Shown: positions 26,850-39,540 of the stretch, in pieces
How the letters are laid out: every line of letters begins with the position of its first letter
Numbering within the stretch: position 1 is the first letter of the stretch
From: Octopus sinensis
Taxonomy: Eukaryota
Direction of reading: 5' to 3'
NCBI RefSeq assembly: GCF_006345805.1
Contig: NC_043001.1
Span: 4,278,001-4,342,000 of the forward strand
DNA: 64,000 nucleotides
The notes under the pieces: model-generated
Told to the model about the DNA's origin: nothing
The model's database searches: none
The model's input: only the letters and a program-made list of their open reading frames with translations
Made by a program: the position numbers and the translations under genes

Positions 26850-27880
26850 ATTTTTTTTTTCAGAATCGTATTGAGAAAAGCAAGATGGTAATCTAAAACA
26901 GATAATGACAAACTTGGTAATAACTATGCAACAGCCGATTTAGAACACGGAAACCTTCCAGAAGAAACTACTACCCATTGGAAAGAAAACAAAGCGGTGA
27001 ATTCATTACCAGATCCACATTAAAGGAAGAAAACTACGTTCAAGTTAAAATCCATCTCATTACTCTTTGCACTGACAATCAACAGTGTGTTAATGAAATC
27101 AGTGACTAGAAAATTAAAATTAGACAAAATAAAAAGCCTCGGGTGTCTATCTATGGATTAGGGAGCTCTCATCATTAACTAGAAACTTGTTCAGATTAAC
27201 ATATTATCAAAGTCAATAACTTCACGCATCAGATTAATTTTCCGAGATTCAAACTCAACTCTAAATGAGGATGGCATCTGGTGCGTACAACGGCCCTCCA
27301 GCATCTGGAAATTTAAAGCATTTAATAATATACATTTGCAAATGAGCAGTTTACCCTAAAATCTGTCAGTAATTGATGAGAAGGCTGCATTCTTTCTTTC
27401 CTATAAAGAATGTGACTTAATATGAGTGCAGAATTACTAAGGTATATCACTCACAGCTATGGCAGCTATGATACATTACATAAACAGAGACAATGTTTTA
27501 GAGACGAAGAAGGAGAAAGTTTTTCGTAGAAACCTGATAGACTTCGGAGAGAAACGCTTGACAGCTTGTCAAATATTAACAACGTTTTATAAATGTGTTT
27601 CAGGAAAAATATCTTTCAGTTATGCTGATCCTCTCCGACTCCGAGAAACATTGTGACTCACTTCACAGAAGTAGAATGGAACAAATTATTCTGCTCTACG
27701 GAGCTTTAAGATTGAAACAGTAATGATACTCTCTACAAGCAAAAGAGTAAAGCTGCATTCATCTGATGGGAACTCAAGATTAAAAAGACACTTTTTCTTC
27801 TGTTTTACCAGGAAAATACATTCCTCCTTTCTTGCCTTGCTATGAATGCAGCATTTTTATAGATTAAAACGATTATGTGA
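26850..27880 (+). mobile_element. Decayed RTE-clade LINE RT region
   Basis: CDL..QNY*GISLTAMAA..EKVFRRNLIDFGEKRLTACQILT matches GDLxxxxNYRGISL..LRxNQNGFRxxRxTxxQILT. Later DS.HR..ME.I...YG and S.DG motifs follow. Confidence 0.7.
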
Positions 27881-27981
27881 TTAACCAGCAAATCTTGAGG
27901 TTTCATAAAATCGATGCATATTATATGGCAAGCTAACTGCATGATTTACGTCAGTGTGTTTAACATATATATATATATATA

Positions 27982-28487
27982 TCAGGTCATCCAATTGGTT
28001 CAGACCGATTTTACATTTTTTTTAAATGGAATGAAATTTAAAAGAATTTTAGAATGTCTGATGGAATTAAAAATTATTTTTATGCATTTGTGTAGATTTA
28101 AAGAAATTAAATATTATGTTACAGAATAACAGAATTAAAATGTCTTTGATTAAATCCCATTCTAACATGGAAGTATCCAATGAGCATTTGAGGCACATAA
28201 TGCTTTATGAGTATAGAAAAGGGAAGTCTGCAGCCGAAGCGACTCGAAATATACACTCAGTTTAAGGGAAAGAATGCTTGAAAGAAAGAACTTGCAGAAG
28301 ATGTTTTGCAAAATTCAGAAGTGAAGATTTCAGCCTTGAAGATGAAGATCGAAAAGGACGTCAATTTGAGTTGGATGATAAGCTCCTTGAGGCATTACTT
28401 GAAGAAAATCTTGCATTATCAGTTGAAGAATTGGCAATAAAGCTTAGTTCAAACCATACAACTGTTCATTGTCATCTTCAACAACTC
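27982..28487 (+). mobile_element. Mariner element 5' end (TIR region plus N-terminal HTH transposase fragment, ATG at 28167)
   Basis: Begins TA|TCAGGTCATCC at the end of a (TA)n tract. Translation MEVSNEHLRHIMLYEYRKGKSAAEATRNIHSV*GKECLKERTCRRCFAKFRSEDFSLEDEDRKGR...HTTVHCHLQQL is a typical mariner N-terminus with one stop. Confidence 0.9.
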
Positions 28488-28907
28488 GCACGTGTCTTGA
28501 ATGGGCTGGAAAATTTCTATTTTGGATTTATTTGGGGTACTTAGTTGTGCTCATGACTTAGTGTTTGCTTCTTCCATGGATATGAGTAAGTATCTCATTT
28601 ACTTCTTTGCCACATGTATCACTGACAAAGCGGGGGTTCTTTTTGAACTAACCCTGAAATCGGTCCGATATGGTAATAATGGAATATTTTTAGAGATTTC
28701 TGTCGACCTTTTTTCGGGTAGCGTGCGTACTGGGAAAAAAATTATATGGTAAATGGACAATATGTCCAATTTTCGGCATATTTGATATTAGAAATTTTTT
28801 CGTTTGCCCTTATTTATAAGTTGTTTATAATTTAACCTTTAAAGGAATGTTTTAATATGCTGGCCATTGATAAAATTTTTTTTCGAAAGGCTTTTATCCT
28901 ACATTAG

Positions 28908-28939
<32 letters not shown>

Positions 28940-29018
28940 ATGTATGTATGTATATATATGTATGTATATATGTATGTATATGTATGTATATAATATGTAT
29001 ATATGTAATATGTATGTA

Positions 29019-29097
<79 letters not shown>

Positions 29098-29101
29098 ATA
29101 T

Positions 29102-29224
29102 ATATAATTAGTGAATGGAAGAAATGGAGCTGAACGAAGATTCTACAGAATTCCTTTTATAAAGAATAAAAGGAATTCTGTAGAATCTTCGTTCAGCTCC
29201 ATTTCTTCCATTCACTAATTATAT
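29102..29224. repeat. Perfect 59 bp inverted repeat with a 5 nt spacer
   Basis: 29102-29160 is the exact reverse complement of 29166-29224; the spacer is aaaga. Confidence 0.95.
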
Positions 29225-29383
29225 TAAACTTCAATTATCCGCGCCAACGCACGGTTGCAAAACCCTATGGTCATAACTCCAACGTGCTTTTTCTGCTGTG
29301 ATTTTTGCTACCCAGGTATCGGTTAAACTTTTGAATAATCCGTAACGAGATAATTCATCTTTCCATTTCAACAAATATATATA

Positions 29384-29446
<63 letters not shown>

Positions 29447-29966
29447 GATTTGAGGTCCAGCCCCATGGTAAAAACTTGTTGCTTCAATTCCTTGAACAGG
29501 AGCACGGAAACTTACATTTAAATCGGTAATTCATACATAAGTTGAGGAAGAGGGCAAGCAACATTTAGTAAATGGTAGGAGAGACTAAAGGGAAGCAACA
29601 GAGTAAGAAAGCCTCAACTCAAAGGAATGAAATTTCGGAATCGGTAGGTAACACTTAAAGTTAAAGAGTTAGAATTATCGTTTGAACCTTCCGCCCAAAG
29701 ACCCTTGCTGCTATCAAGATGGCCGACATTCGACACCACAGAATGATGATAATTCTTTGCATATTCAATATGCAAATTCATGTATCTCTCTCTCTATCTA
29801 TCTATCTATCTATCCATTTACCTCTCTCACTGTCTCTCTCTATATATACAGAGAGAGAGAGGAGAGAGAGAGAGAGAGAAAGAAAATAGATTATACGTGT
29901 ATGTGTGCTTATATAAATATATGTAGATATATATATTTGTATAGATAGATATATGTAAATGTATGT

Positions 29967-30013
<47 letters not shown>

Positions 30014-30200
30014 GTGTGTGTGTGTGTGTGTCTGTGTAATTAATATGTTACCATTATTCAATAGCCAAGATAAAAACTCTGAGTTCGGATGCCGAAGTGG
30101 AAATCCACAACACCATCTACGCGGTTATCTGGCAATCTGAAAAAACGCTATGAAAAAAATAGATAGATTTTACGTGTGATATATATATATAATATATATA

Positions 30201-30253
<53 letters not shown>

Positions 30254-30385
30254 TATACATATATATACACACACTATATGTGTATATATATATACACATA
30301 TATATATGTACATACATATATATATATATGAATATATATATATACATACATACAACACCACAAACACCCTCACATATATATATAG

Positions 30386-30416
<31 letters not shown>

Positions 30417-31236
30417 GAGAAAAAACAAAAAGGGTGAAGAGAGAGAAAGTAATACAGAGATACACTTGAAAATAATATCTTACTCGCAGACAATGTTTGA
30501 GCCGTGTATTGGTTGGTCACAGGGTAAAAATAATAACCAGTCGTCCCTGTCTCGCAACCGCTACTTGTCCCTCTATATTAACTATGGACATGATTTATAT
30601 GCTGTAATAACACTTTTCACTCACACCGTACAGACATCAAAGGAAGCATATTAATATCATCTATTGATTGTATTGAAACATATTACAATTCACTTTTATA
30701 TCTATTTACGTATGTACATACGCGTGTACGTTTGTGCGTTGGTGATTGTGAGATATACTTACATATACACTGATATATGCAGAGAGAATGCATACATACA
30801 CACATAGATACATACATGATATTTATGCCCACGTACACACGTTTATATACATATATATATATATATATAAGAAGACATACATATATACGTGTTGAATGTA
30901 TATTCATGTATATACGTACACACGTCAATATATACAATTATATATTCATATATATGGACATATATACATATATATATATATAATTGTTTGTGTGCGTGTA
31001 AATGCGAATGTGGTTTGCTACGTTACAGACGTACACACACGCACACATAGACACACAAACTCACACCACTCATACAGATGCTTATGTGTATATATTTTAC
31101 AAATATATACTTATCTCTATGTGTTTGTGTATTTTCCTTTAAATATTTGTATATATATATATATGCGTGTGTGTGTCTAAATAAATGTATATATATATAT
31201 ATACATGCATACATTCACGCACGCAAGTGGCACACA

Positions 31237-31323
<87 letters not shown>

Positions 31324-31689
31324 GCCCCCTTCACCATTACGGGCAGCAAAACGGACTGTGTTACGCCAGTATGTAAAGTAGCAAGATAATGAATTGTGAA
31401 TGACCAATTTCTCTGAACTGAATAACGAAAGAATTGCCTATTGGCGTATTCAAAATGTTGGACATAAGAATTCTGGCAGATTCATAGCTTGATGATGTAG
31501 AGTATTAGATATAACATATTTTGGTGCAATTTTGTTTATACTACAAGTAGTTTGAACTGACCAAATTACTTCAACACGGAGATATCCGATTACATCATGT
31601 ATGACTCATTATACTTTTAATTATGATACAATACACCGTAACGTGAGAAACAGAACCTCGAATAAAACCGATTGTTATTATCATTAATA

Positions 31690-32066
31690 TATTGGTTTTA
31701 AGTTTTTGTACAAGACCAGTAGTTTTCTGGGAGGGGTTAGGCTGATTACATCAAGTCCAGTGTTTGATTGCTACTTAATTACTGTAATCGAAAGGATGTA
31801 AAAAATGTATACATCTATGGAATTTGAACTCAGAACACGAAGAGGAGATGCGACTAATAATCCTTTCTACTGTAAGCAGTAGGCCTGAAAATTTGAGGGA
31901 AAGGGGATGTTGATTATATCGACGTCAGCGCGTAACTGGTATTTATCTTATCGACCCCGGAAGGGTGAAAGGCAAAGTCAACCTCAGCGAAATTTGAACT
32001 CAGAACTCAGAGATACCCCAAAGAATTTCGTCCAGCGTGCTAACGTTTCTACCAGCCCACCGCCTT
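31690..32066 (-). mobile_element. Two adjacent SINE family B copies
   Basis: The reverse complement has ggcggtgggctggtagaaacgttagcacgc...gagttcaaatttcgctgaggttgactttgcctttcacccttccggggtcgataag, plus an older copy at 31690-31850. Confidence 0.8.
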
Positions 32067-32139
32067 CGAGATGCGAAAAATAATGTTGCCGGCAGTGTTA
32101 ATGATTCTTCCAGTTCACCGCCATCATCTCTTTTACTAT

Positions 32140-32800
32140 ATTAAGACTTGTGAGAGTGGCAAGCATGCAGCAACTGTATCAGGCCGCGTAAAATGGATGG
32201 ATATCTACATTGCATCCTGCTTCGGGCCCTGCCAGACTTTCAACTCGGTGGACAAGGATGTCTACGTGGAGGATTCCGCGGCATATATGTGGTGTTCTAA
32301 TTGGGTATCAGCATCTGTCATTTTTCCCATTTAGACCAAGGGTCAGTTAGGGATGTGCCTTAACTCACATTGTGCATGGATTGCATACTGATCGTTCGTG
32401 TCGTGGTACATTCATTGGTAAAATTAAGATTACCGACTTAGATTTTACTAATGATGCAGTCACTCTTAAAGTGTGTCTGGATGTGTTAAAGAGCGCTCCC
32501 CTTTCAGTCATTGAGGAAGCGGAACCACATGCCGCAAAACAAAAATCCAATCATTTGTTTGTTTCCTAGAGGCTTGCTAGTCGTCTGACACTGTTGAGGG
32601 GGAGGACATAGAAGTTCTGCTAAATATAATTATTTTACGTCGATAGTGAGATTCATAGCAGCATTTATCTGCGAGTCTGAAGTCCCAAAACGATTTGCAT
32701 GTGGTGGTGGAGCTGGTGAGGCTGCCGACTCATTAGACAAAGACGTTTGGTATTGCTGAGCCCCGTGCAGAAGGAAAAAGGTTTGAGTTTTTAGGTCTCT
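32140..32800 (+). mobile_element. Decayed RTE LINE reverse-transcriptase core
   Basis: TFNSVDK (~AFDSVDR), FP..RVS*GC (~GVRQGC), CMD, and KITDLDFTNDAVTL..L..A.....EEAEP (~TDLDFADD). Confidence 0.75.
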
Positions 32801-32879
32801 GGTCCCACATGTACACCACTATAAATTTGTTGTCCTGCAATTTTTGGACGTACAAAGTAATTTACCCCAATCATAATAT

Positions 32880-33570
32880 TCATCTTCGATTCTTCTATTT
32901 TCTTCCGCTGTAATGTTTTATTCCAAGATACATATATTTATCAGAGTCTTTTAGTGTATTTTCGTTGATGTTGTTATATGACTTTTGAATACGACACGCG
33001 TTTTCTACACATTTATTTCTCCCTCCCAACTCTTTTCCTTCTCACTTCAGTTCATTTAACATTTATTCCATATCTTGACTGCCATTTGCAAAGTGGACCA
33101 CGCTCTCAACAAAGCGCAAAATTCCTTAATAACCATGTTTATTCCTTTTCTCATTCCAGTAACGCTTGTAAATGCTGACTACAAATGCAACCTTACAGAG
33201 ATTGAGCGATATTAAAACTTATTCTCTTACACCTCTTTCAATATTTACAGATTTGCTTTCAGTGTGAAATCTTATAGATGATGCTTCCTGATGCTGGAGT
33301 TTATTAAGAATTTGTATGCAAGTTTGAAGTATTCCCTAACTAATAATCCTGAAGCACAGCTGGGTTTCCATTGTTATCAAAAGCTACCTCATTATCAATG
33401 GTTGCAGAACAAAATGGTTGTGTATAAGCTCCACGATTCTATATAACTTGCTTCAGAACATATAAGAGGTTACTTGTCGCAAACCATTTCAAAGCTTCTT
33501 GTTCTTCGAGTTGGCTGAAGGCAAAGACTCTATTCGTGCCACAAGTGAGAAAATTACGTCACAGCTCACG
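32880..33570 (-). mobile_element. Decayed RTE LINE reverse-transcriptase core, opposite orientation
   Basis: SQLEEQ (~QPxEQAGF), DNEVAFDN (~DYEKAFDS), SIRFHTESKSVNIERGVRE (~IxIxRGVRQGD), RFVESVV (~RFADDIV). Confidence 0.65.
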
Positions 33571-33843
33571 ACATTTAGATATAAACCGTTTGCGGTCGAT
33601 TAGTAGCTTGTTAGTGTTTTTTTGTTAGATTTGTTCTGTATGATTATCGTGAGTGAAAATATCGTGTTGCCAAGAATATCTGGGTTCAAAGATAATTCGT
33701 AAATAATTAGTCAACTGTAATATAAGATCAGTATTGTGAAATGTTATACTTTGATGAAGTGGAAAGGAAAGACCAATACCCGGCTCTGCACAAACATAAA
33801 ACACAAAACAACTAAGATACATATACATCTGTTTGTGAATACG

Positions 33844-33910
<67 letters not shown>

Positions 33911-35574
33911 TTGTAAAAAATGAAGTTCGAAAATGCTGCTATGTTATAAAATTTTTAATTTTTATATATACATATATATATATATATGTATATATAAGTC
34001 CAACTTACACAGAGTGCAAATGATAGAGAGATTTCAAGTGGTGAAAGGTGTTATGAGACCAACAACTGTGTCTGGGGGCTCGGCGTTGCATAATAATTTT
34101 GGTAGATGTTGTCCCTCAGAAAATGCCTCCGTAAGATTGCATTTAACATAGGAAGAGACGTGTCTGCTTCATCTGGGTAGAGAAGATCTTACAGTTCAAA
34201 ATTTAATCCATTAAAGCTCAAAAAGTGTATGGTTAGAGGTGGAGAGCGAAGTGTAATAGCAGAGTAACTAAGGGACATTGAGACAGGGAATGGTGAGAGG
34301 TGAAACTATAGTTCAAAAAGCGTGAGGGTTCAATAGAGACTAGCAAGGTAGTCGTAGTAGTAGTAGTAATAGCAATAGTAGTAGTAGTAGGAGGAGGACG
34401 ACGAAGAGATGCGGGGTGTAGGCAGGTGAGTAGTAGGGTGGGTGTAGATAGTATCTGAATGGCAGTCTATTGTGTTGAGTATAAATCTGAAGAACTATTT
34501 GTTGTTGAGGTAGTGAGAAAATGAACGGTAAATATTTGAGGGAAATCAGACGTCTAGTTCGGAGAGAGGAGGAGACTGTTAAGGTATGTAGAAGGCTATG
34601 AGACAAGATAGAGGGGTGGACAGAGTGGGGGTAAGTTGGTGGTGAAAATAGCAGTGGTTATTTGGATAGTGAATGTGGCTTGGTATTGGAGGAAGATATA
34701 TTTGCCATGCAGAGGTGTATGAAATTGAATAAGGGGAAGAGAATAAAAAGTGCAGAAGTGGTTAAAAGGTTAGAGGAATGAGAGGAGACCACTTTCGGGG
34801 GTGGGGGAGGTCATGAGGGTGGTGGGATATAATGAGTGAGAGGAATATGAAAAATGTAACAATGAGAAAGAATTTACTATAATAATACCCTTGTGCTTTT
34901 CTGCGTAACAACATAGGAATGAGAAAGGAAGGAGTGATAAATGAATAAGGAAAGGAGCGGGAATGGCAAACATGGTAGCCAGATCATGGAAGTTCTACGG
35001 GGAAATCTAAATCAAACAGTGTTTAAAGTCTGCGTGAGTATATCTGTGTGTATGTAAAAGGGAGGTATGTGAATGTGTGTCTGAGTGTGTGTGTGTGTGT
35101 GTGTGTGCCTATGTGTGCAACGGAAATTAGATGGTGAACGTTCAACGCTGAAAAGAAAAATCAAACAGCGTTTCAATTCTGTGTGAGTATATGTGTGTAG
35201 GGATGTGCGCGTAAAATGGAAGTATGTGAACGTTACTATCTGTGATTATTACCTAGGTTGTTTTGTACTTTATTTTATATTAAAAAAATACTACAATTAA
35301 CCATCATTCTTGACAGCACGAGGCCAGCTAGTAGGGAAGTGTTATCTAAAATATTAAGCTGGTAGGCTGCTCTTCTCGTATCTCAATGTTAATTTTGAGT
35401 ATAGATGCTTCTGTGTATAGCACAGATTTGACAAAATGCGCAAATGATGAGTATAACGTGTGTTTACATAACAGTATTACTTCTGAGAATCTATTAAGTA
35501 TTGAAAGTGTGGTGGTTAGCTATTTACTTAAACCTAACCTACAAATACAGATGTATGCGTATCTAAATACACGT

Positions 35575-35605
<31 letters not shown>

Positions 35606-36365
35606 CATATACAAATACACACACATCATACACACAATCACACACATACTTATATACATTTATATATCTATGTATATATAGATGCGTATATAGAGGTAGA
35701 TAGATAGATAAATAGATAGATAGATAACTGTAAAAAGATTGCGTAAATAAGCACGGGGAAAGGAATTCACTTAGAAAGAAAATAGCTCTCGGCATCGAAA
35801 TAGTTTCATAAAGCAGAGTGAAATAAAAATGGCATTAACCAGCTGGTGTCACGGAAAGTAATTAGTGATTTCCTGGAGAATAGATAAATGAGAAATGTCA
35901 AAATTTAATATACACAACACCGAAATCGAAAACGTTACAGATGAATCAAAATTCAAAAGACCAGAGAGATACGTCGTTTTCGGAAATTAGATATTTGACC
36001 TTCAGAGTTGAACAAATCAAGAATAATAAATACGAGATCCTTCATTTAGTATAAAACTCTACTTGATTTCCTCTCCGCGAGATCCATTTCAGCATCCTTT
36101 AGAGTTGTTATTAGGGCTTTATAGGGGTACACTACGATTCTCCATCGGGCTTTGGAGCTGGACCGACGTTACTGTCTTAACAGCCTCCTTGACATCCTAC
36201 CAACTTGTCTTGCCCTTGACAAACTCGTCCGTTTCCAGTGCTGGTCTTATAAAGACGCTTCTCCTCACACAATATATCTTCTCTTTCAGCATCACTGGGT
36301 TGATATGTAGCAACTATTTATTTCTTGCCCTAAACAGTAAAGGTTTTCATTTTGCATATCTCAAA

Positions 36366-36408
36366 GCAGCTACTTGATGAAGACGAAATGGTTGAAACTG
36401 TAAGCTGC
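36366..36408 (+). ncRNA. Degenerate hammerhead-like motif
   Basis: gcagct-ac-TTGATGA-a-gac(gaaatg)gtt-GAAA-ct-GTA-agctgc. Stem I is a 6 bp gcagct/agctgc, but stem II is weak and position 3 is U. Confidence 0.45.
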
Positions 36409-36812
36409 CCGTATTTTGCCTTTACTCATTATCGCTCCTTGTGTCCTGCTGTCGTGCGATTTGATGCACCAAAGGAAATTAATGTAAATAACTACTCCAA
36501 GAAGTTCGCAAGTGTTTTGAAGATGCTAAGCCTAGCAGAATGGTCGGTCTTCGCATATAAGAAACCTGGAGAATATTGGCTAGTATTAGCAGCGGCACTT
36601 CACCTTATCGGATTCCCTGGGGAGTTTTCCACATATGCAACAGATTTGTAATCTAAATAGTTTACTAATACTACAACCCATCACTCATTGGACAGACGTG
36701 AAACACCGCGCTGGGCGTTTGTGTCCCAAAGGAGGATACTTTCAACAACTTCCCTCAGTGGCTGTCCGAGAGTCTTAGCTGATGGTCGCTACCGCTGGAG
36801 GCATGAGTAGGT

Positions 36813-36871
36813 CCTGAGGACGTTTCAGGTGTAATATCAACAGATATTCACATCCGATATATCAGCCCAGG
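36813..36871 (-). ncRNA. Degenerate hammerhead-like motif downstream of a Penelope-like fragment
   Basis: cctggg-CTGATAT-atc-ggatgtgaatatc(tgtt)gatattacacct-GAAA-c-GTC-ctcagg. Stem I, the long stem II and GAAAC-GUC are intact; G8 and A9 are lost. Confidence 0.45.
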
Positions 36872-36879
36872 AAGAAGCC

Positions 36880-37450
36880 ATCAATTTTGTCAGAGATGGA
36901 GAGGAATCCGATTTATTGAAACTTTAGGGGCGTCGTTCCTATTATCTTCGGCCCTAGATTTGCTGCAGAGACCAGATCTTGCAAAACGGTTAAAAATTTC
37001 TAGATCATATCTCATTAAAAACACTCCATCCAGGCAAAATGATGTTTTCCAAATTCCACCAAAAAGATGATCCTGTGGTAACAAACTGTGAGGTGATGGG
37101 GGAAACATATGGAAGGACCAGAAGAAAGGAAGTTTTTTCTGATATCATAAGAATGTTAGAGCGGTGCAGAAATTGGGTTGACAAGTAAGTGGTAAGACAA
37201 ATGTAGAGGGTTTTCGAGTTTTTCTGGGTTGGGATCGTTCATTCTCGGAAGCTTTATTTCGGCTCTAATGTATTGGTGCAACAGAAAGGGAGGATATTTC
37301 CACCCCCGAATCTGCGAAGAAAGCTTCTACAGGACTCCGGAAACGAGGGCTGACCAGAGGTTTGCTGCTATTGGGATGCAAATTGGATCACTGTCAACAA
37401 TACCTGGGTCAAAAGGGAGAGAGAATCAGATGGGGGAAAGAAACGAAATC
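36880..37450 (-). mobile_element. Decayed Penelope-like RT thumb/linker remnant
   Basis: IPIAANL (~SIPxSQxLR), F...KYP (~FxxRGYP), LPLTCQP (~PLxTYxP), FP....VCYHR (~FPxxPxVxYRR). Confidence 0.4.
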
Positions 37451-37929
37451 ACATGAGCACAAGAAACATTACCGACAACGCACTCAAGATTATCCGCAGG
37501 ATGTATCTTGAAAATAAACTGTGCATATACGCATTTCTGTGTATATATGAGTGTGTATGCAAATATATGTATACAAATATGTATGCATACAAGCTTGTGT
37601 GAGTAGTTGCATTTTTTAATTGACTGCCGTATTACCAAAATTTTTTTTTAAAGACGTTCTTTCAACAATTTTTTTCCTTCATTTCCTTCCTTGAAAGGAA
37701 AATGACAGCGTTATTCAAAAGATGGTTTTCATTTTCGAGTTCAGAGATGAGAAAAGTAATAAGGACGACATGAGGCAGTCGAAAAAGTCAACATCTATAT
37801 ATGGCTGAAGCGAGAAGGCCAAAAGTGGTTTGAAAGCCATAGCATGCCAACTGGGAAATAACATCAGTAAGTGAGACTAGCCAACATTTAAGCAGCATCG
37901 CTGATTGACATTGACGGTTCTCGTTCATG

Positions 37930-38280
37930 ACGCCCCGTCCGCCTGGTTTGAAGGCTTGTGCCAGCAAACAGCAGATCGGCTATGGCTGCTGGAACTGAAA
38001 CTAACACGACACTGTTTGAAGGCAAGTATAGAGTGGGCGCGGGCTAAGATTACACGCCCATCCCCGTCATTGGTCAGTTGAAGTTTAGACAGTGTCGCGT
38101 GACAACTAGCTGGTGCTGGAGCCTTCTGAAGGAAAATTGGCAGGATGGTCGTTCGCCCGGTCATTATTTGAAGGGGTATTTGGCAAAAAAGGAGAAAGAA
38201 GAAATGCACTCAACACCAGAGCTGAAGACACCTCCGAAAGGGAGGAGGGATTGCCACATCGAACCCGGACATGTTTCCTC
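37930..38280 (+). mobile_element. Possible decayed LINE ORF1/gag-like remnant
   Basis: A GC-richer island. WQDGRSPGHYLKGYLAKK is reminiscent of an eroded GRxPxCxxCxxxGH knuckle. Confidence 0.25.
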
Positions 38281-38486
38281 CTTATGATGTCTTTAACCAC
38301 TGGATCCTATAGAGGGGCTGTTGAGGTAGCAAACCACGAAACGTGGGAGGAATTGCCTTTCTTCCTATATGTTTTGTTCGATGACACTGATTATATCCAG
38401 CGATAGTGAAACTTTCTGTAAAGTTGCAATGAAATGGTTCTAACCGGCATCACATTCATGTATGTGTGTGTATGAATGTATGTATG

Positions 38487-38542
<56 letters not shown>

Positions 38543-38544
<2 letters not shown>

Positions 38545-38692
38545 CGCAGGAGTGGCTTCCTTATGAACCACATGGTTCCGGGTTCCGTCCCACTGCATGG
38601 CACCTTGGGCAAGTGTCTTCTACTATAGCCTCGGGCAGACCAAAGACTTGTGAGTGGATTTGGTAGACAGAAACTGGAAGAAGCCCGTCGTA

Positions 38693-38700
<8 letters not shown>
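38543..38700 (+). mobile_element. SINE family A, 5' part, between (TA)n tracts
   Basis: ggcgcaggagtggct...catggttccgggttccgtcccactgcatggcaccttgggcaagtgtcttctactatagcc...gaagcccgtcg. Confidence 0.9.
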
Positions 38701-38732
<32 letters not shown>

Positions 38733-38854
38733 GACTTTGTTATTGATGTGAAATCCTTGAAATACACCGCGACTTCTACAAACTTTTGAACTGTTCGTAA
38801 AAAACGTCCCTTTCGTTTTCACTTTATTTTTCTCTCCTTGTTTTTTTCTTTGTA

Positions 38855-38892
38855 TCTTTCTGTCGAAGAGCGTAGGCTCGAAACGTAAAAGA
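38855..38892 (+). ncRNA. Minimal hammerhead-like motif with a non-canonical CUGUCGA core (A6U)
   Basis: tcttt-CTGTCGA-a-gagc(gtag)gctc-GAAA-c-GTA-aaaga. Stems I and II are perfect and stem III is the palindrome ACGT. Confidence 0.65.
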
Positions 38893-39115
38893 CTTTTTCT
38901 ATTCCTGAGCGCTATACTAATACATTTGTTTGTTTGTACTCCACCTGCCTTCGTCTTTTGTTTATTTTCGTAAACTTTCCCTTTATATATATATATATAT
39001 TATATTGGCCTGCTCGCTTAGCCAGCGGGGTGGCCTCATTTGAAGGCTAAAACAATGCGAAGCGCATTGTGACCAGCGATATGTAGCAACATCTTATACC
39101 TCGTCGGTCACGGTC

Positions 39116-39117
<2 letters not shown>

Positions 39118-39188
<71 letters not shown>

Positions 39189-39540
39189 TATATATATACA
39201 AATATATATATATATCTATATATTATATATGTATATATATTATATATATATATGTATATATATAGGTATGTATATATATATGTATATATATGTATATATA
39301 TATATATTATATATATATGTATATATATAGGTATGTATATATATATGTATATATATGTATATATATATTATATATATATATATATATTATATATTATATA
39401 TATATATATAATATATATATATTATATATGTATATATATAGGTATGTATATATATGTATATATATGTATATATATATATATATATAATATATATGTATAT
39501 ATATATGTATATATATGTATATATATATATATATATATAT
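39118..39540. repeat. Long compound (TA)n/(TATATATG) tract
   Basis: Directly visible. Confidence 0.95.

Noticed and set aside
34000-35000. Purine-rich stretch with faint LINE-like traces on the minus strand
   Set aside because: Too decayed to assign a family or boundaries.
38215-38246. CTGAAGA...GAAA spacing
   Set aside because: No stem II between the two core strands and no stem I.
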